From the NCBI GenBank assembly GCA_950097015.1, contig CATNEN010000011.1:4712001-4776000 (forward strand): 64,000 bases of DNA, written 5' to 3'. Shown here in pieces: positions 61,400 through 64,000 of the stretch; positions within the stretch are counted from its first letter, which is position 1, and each line of letters opens with the position of its first letter. Both the position numbers and the translations under genes were made by a program. The notes under the pieces are model-generated. The model was not told the DNA's origin. It was given only the letters and a program-made list of their open reading frames with translations, and searched no databases. The DNA comes from Macrostomum hystrix (Eukaryota; Animalia; Platyhelminthes).

Positions 61400-61560
61400 T
61401 CTCATTGGCTGTGCTCGGCTGACCCCGCCCCGCCTCATCCTCCTCGGGCCCGTGCTGCCCCCGCTCGAACTGTGTGCTGTGCGAGGCCGAACTTCTCTTC
61501 CTTCCATTTTAATTTCAAGCCCACCCCTCCCCGGCCTAAGACTATCGGCTATAAACCCAC
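61400..61560 (+). promoter_or_regulatory. Candidate Pol II promoter
   Basis: ATTGG (61404), GC boxes CCCCGCCCCGCC (61423-61434) and TATAAA (61550-61555), about 150 bp upstream of ATG 61705. Confidence 0.4.
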
Positions 61561-61704
61561 AAACATCCCTCCGTCACCTTCTGGCGCATTGTTTTCCGCA
61601 TTTTAATTCCTTCAATTTCGTAACTTCGGCTCAGTTTTCTCGAATTGGATTATCCGTCCAAAACCGTTTAATCCATTCGCGCAATGCAGGCTTGCTGCCC
61701 GATT

Positions 61705-62052
61705 ATGTCTTCTAAACGTAAGACCTCAGCGCCCAGCAAGCTCTATCTGAACAGCGCAGCCAAGTCCGTTACAGCACCAACGGCCCATCAGGCCACATAC
61801 CAGCAATCCTCAGCCTCACCAACTGGTGCAAACAGCTATTCCGAGACCGACCAGCCGAAGCACAAGATGTCACCCACACTGGCTCAGGGCTCCGGTGAAC
61901 TATTGCCGACTTCGGCTACACCTGGCCAGGTGGTTCTCTGGCTAAGCGAGTCCTGCTTTGCCGACCTGGCCGCCGCTGATCAGCTAGCCTACCTGGATGA
62001 GCTGATGAATCAGTTGGGCAATTTGCGAGGCAGCGTAGCCTGCAGGGCGGCG
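61705..62052 (+). CDS. First coding exon of an unidentified gene (116 aa, MSSKRKTSAPSKL...QLAYLDELMNQLGNL..AA|)
   Basis: GC-rich open frame ending at a consensus donor GCG|GTGAGT (phase 0), with a promoter-like upstream region. No downstream exon confidently found in the window. Confidence 0.6.
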
Positions 62053-64000
62053 GTGAGTGCCTTTTGATATTTGTCGGTGCCTCCTAATTAATTTGGCTAA
62101 TTATACTTGTTGACGGCTCGCATTCGCACTCTACAGATAAGAGCAGAGAGTAATTATCTCAATTACAACCAAGACTTAATTGTTCCAGGTGTCATATCAT
62201 CGCCGTTACTATTATTCTAGCGGTGCAAAAATTAATTGTTTTTTAATATTAGCTAGTTCGTGTTTTGGCTCATATGCTTTCTGAGTGCATCAGTACGTAC
62301 CTAAGTTCTGCACGTGCATCCAGAACTCGATTTGTGGTCCCTGTCGTATTTACTTACAGTCCCATCTGCTCTGCAGCAGCACTGTTTACATAAATAGCTT
62401 GGCTGAAAAATTGTCGCAATTTTCTTTCGACACTGTCTGCTCTTGGCCTACTTAGTCCTTCGCGCTTCTGGGGGTCTGAATTTTGCCGTGAGAAAAACGC
62501 GATCGGTTTTTATCAATCATCTATATAGCTTTCATCTATTTTATTGAGGTACCTTCTATCATGCTTTCAATAGAATTTTTTGTTGCATTTAGATATTCAA
62601 ATATTCTATTCGATCTAATCTAAGCATTGCTGTAACAGAGCTACTCAATTTCTTAAACAAATCTTTGTGAAAGCCTAAAAAACCAAAATCCTTTAAGCAA
62701 TAATAGATACGAAGAGAGAGAGATACATCGCAGGCCTGATTGTAACAATTTTTTATATCCACGTTTCACAATAGCTGATTTGTTCTGCGAATTCGTGTGC
62801 CCGATTAAAAAACTGAACTGTGTAACTGAAATGACGTTTCGACTGTCTTACCTGCCTAAACGGTGTAACACACAAGCTCAGTAAAAATGAACCCGATAAA
62901 TAGCTACTTATTTGGAGCTGCATAAACAGCATTGTTGAATGTATTAGGTCCATTTGCACTGCAAGCACGCAGTTGAGAATGGCATTCGATTTGAAAACTA
63001 TTTTCAACTGGAACCAGGATACAGGATTATGCAAAGTTTTCGCTTTGCTACAATTATTTAATAGCTACAGCTAAAATAGCAAAGCTCAACTTTGAATATA
63101 AAGTTGCGACTGCAAAAGCTCTCTTAGTATATGGTGCCTTAAGAAGTTGTGAGCTAAATCAAACAATTTCAGACTAACTTTCCCTCTGAATATAGAGTTT
63201 GCTATAATTACTTGTCATTACTTACTATTACTAAGGTAGAATTTTGCGAGGTAAACAAAACGTGGCAAGGGTTGCTAAAATTGACGATTAAGTTTCTTGG
63301 ATTACCCTTTGTGGAAACATTATAGTACTCGTATCATTCCAAAGAAAATGTTCGGTTAAAATTTCAGATTACTTAATCGCACAATTTTGATATAAAGATT
63401 CGACTGTATGACTCAGTGTAAAGGACTAACTGATTGTAAACAACCATGCATACATTTCATTGTTCAGCAAGCAATCAGAAATTTCATCAGAGCCTAGAGG
63501 ACGTAAAGATATTTATTAGGTTTATCGGACAATGAACCAGTTTTATTTGGTTGGACTATGAGAGACAATATACAAGAACACGAAGAACAACGTGAGCTGT
63601 CAGAGTCACGTACAGGAGGAATTTTGAAGACAAAGTTGAATTGAAAGAAGAGAAAATTAGAACAGAGCTTTTTGTTTACCACCCGGCATGATAACAGATT
63701 TTCGGTCCGCACGCATAGGTCCCGAAAGCAAGTGCGGCAGAAGTGCTGAGTCACCTCACCGCCGTTGTTCATCTCGCTCGCTCGTCTTCCGCAACATTAA
63801 AGAAATCTTCCTATCTATAGATAAGGACCAGTTTGACGTGGCCATATGCTCAAACAATATAAATATGCTCAACTCATCGTGGAAGGGAAGGGTGGTAGAT
63901 TCTTCAATTCGAGTCGAGGGAGGGACCTCATCCGTGCTGCTCAGCTTATTGCCCGATGTGTCCTCGATTTCCTCCCCGGGGATAGAACTAGAAGCATCCC

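Noticed and set aside
63700-63810. Second exon for the gene at 61705 (acceptor CGCATAG|GTCCCG)
   Set aside because: Reaches a stop after about 33 codons with no recognisable content; insufficient support.

Overview
Eukaryotic (metazoan, probably spiralian invertebrate) genomic DNA with short GT-AG introns, GC-rich exons and an AT-rich background full of minisatellites and transposon relics. A macrostomid flatworm is plausible but cannot be proven from this window. Genes reconstructed by hand: (1) the 5' part of a serine racemase (-), (2) a 3-exon PLEKHB-like PH-domain protein with a Pro/Gly/Tyr low-complexity tail (-), (3) a large open exon encoding 13 near-identical 31-aa repeats (-), (4) an intact 3-exon secreted PAN/apple + concanavalin-A/LamG-like protein (+) with three broken paralogs, (5) an intronless Cys-loop channel lacking acetylcholine-binding residues (+) with a paralog fragment, (6) a 6-exon SPATA48/SPMIP7 homolog (-) head-to-head with (7) coatomer zeta (+), and (8) the first exon of an unidentified gene at the right end. 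Mobile DNA includes two tRNA-derived SINE families (two copies with perfect TSDs), a decayed Penelope-like element, a separate minimal hammerhead ribozyme in a pLTR-like segment beside a 14-bp satellite, a Tc1 relic, a hAT MITE with an 8-bp TSD, a Mutator-like MITE, an LTR-like promoter block, a SET-domain relic and a Polinton/adintovirus pX-like fragment. About half of 41-61 kb is unrelated 16-24 bp minisatellites, and the many long ORFs there are repeat artefacts. Best candidates for new biology: the orphan single-exon nAChR-like channel (possible chemoreceptor), the 31-aa repeat protein with an array of RVxF-like motifs, the PAN-LamG birth-and-death cluster, and the ribozyme-satellite unit. 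All homology calls are from motif recognition, not database searches.
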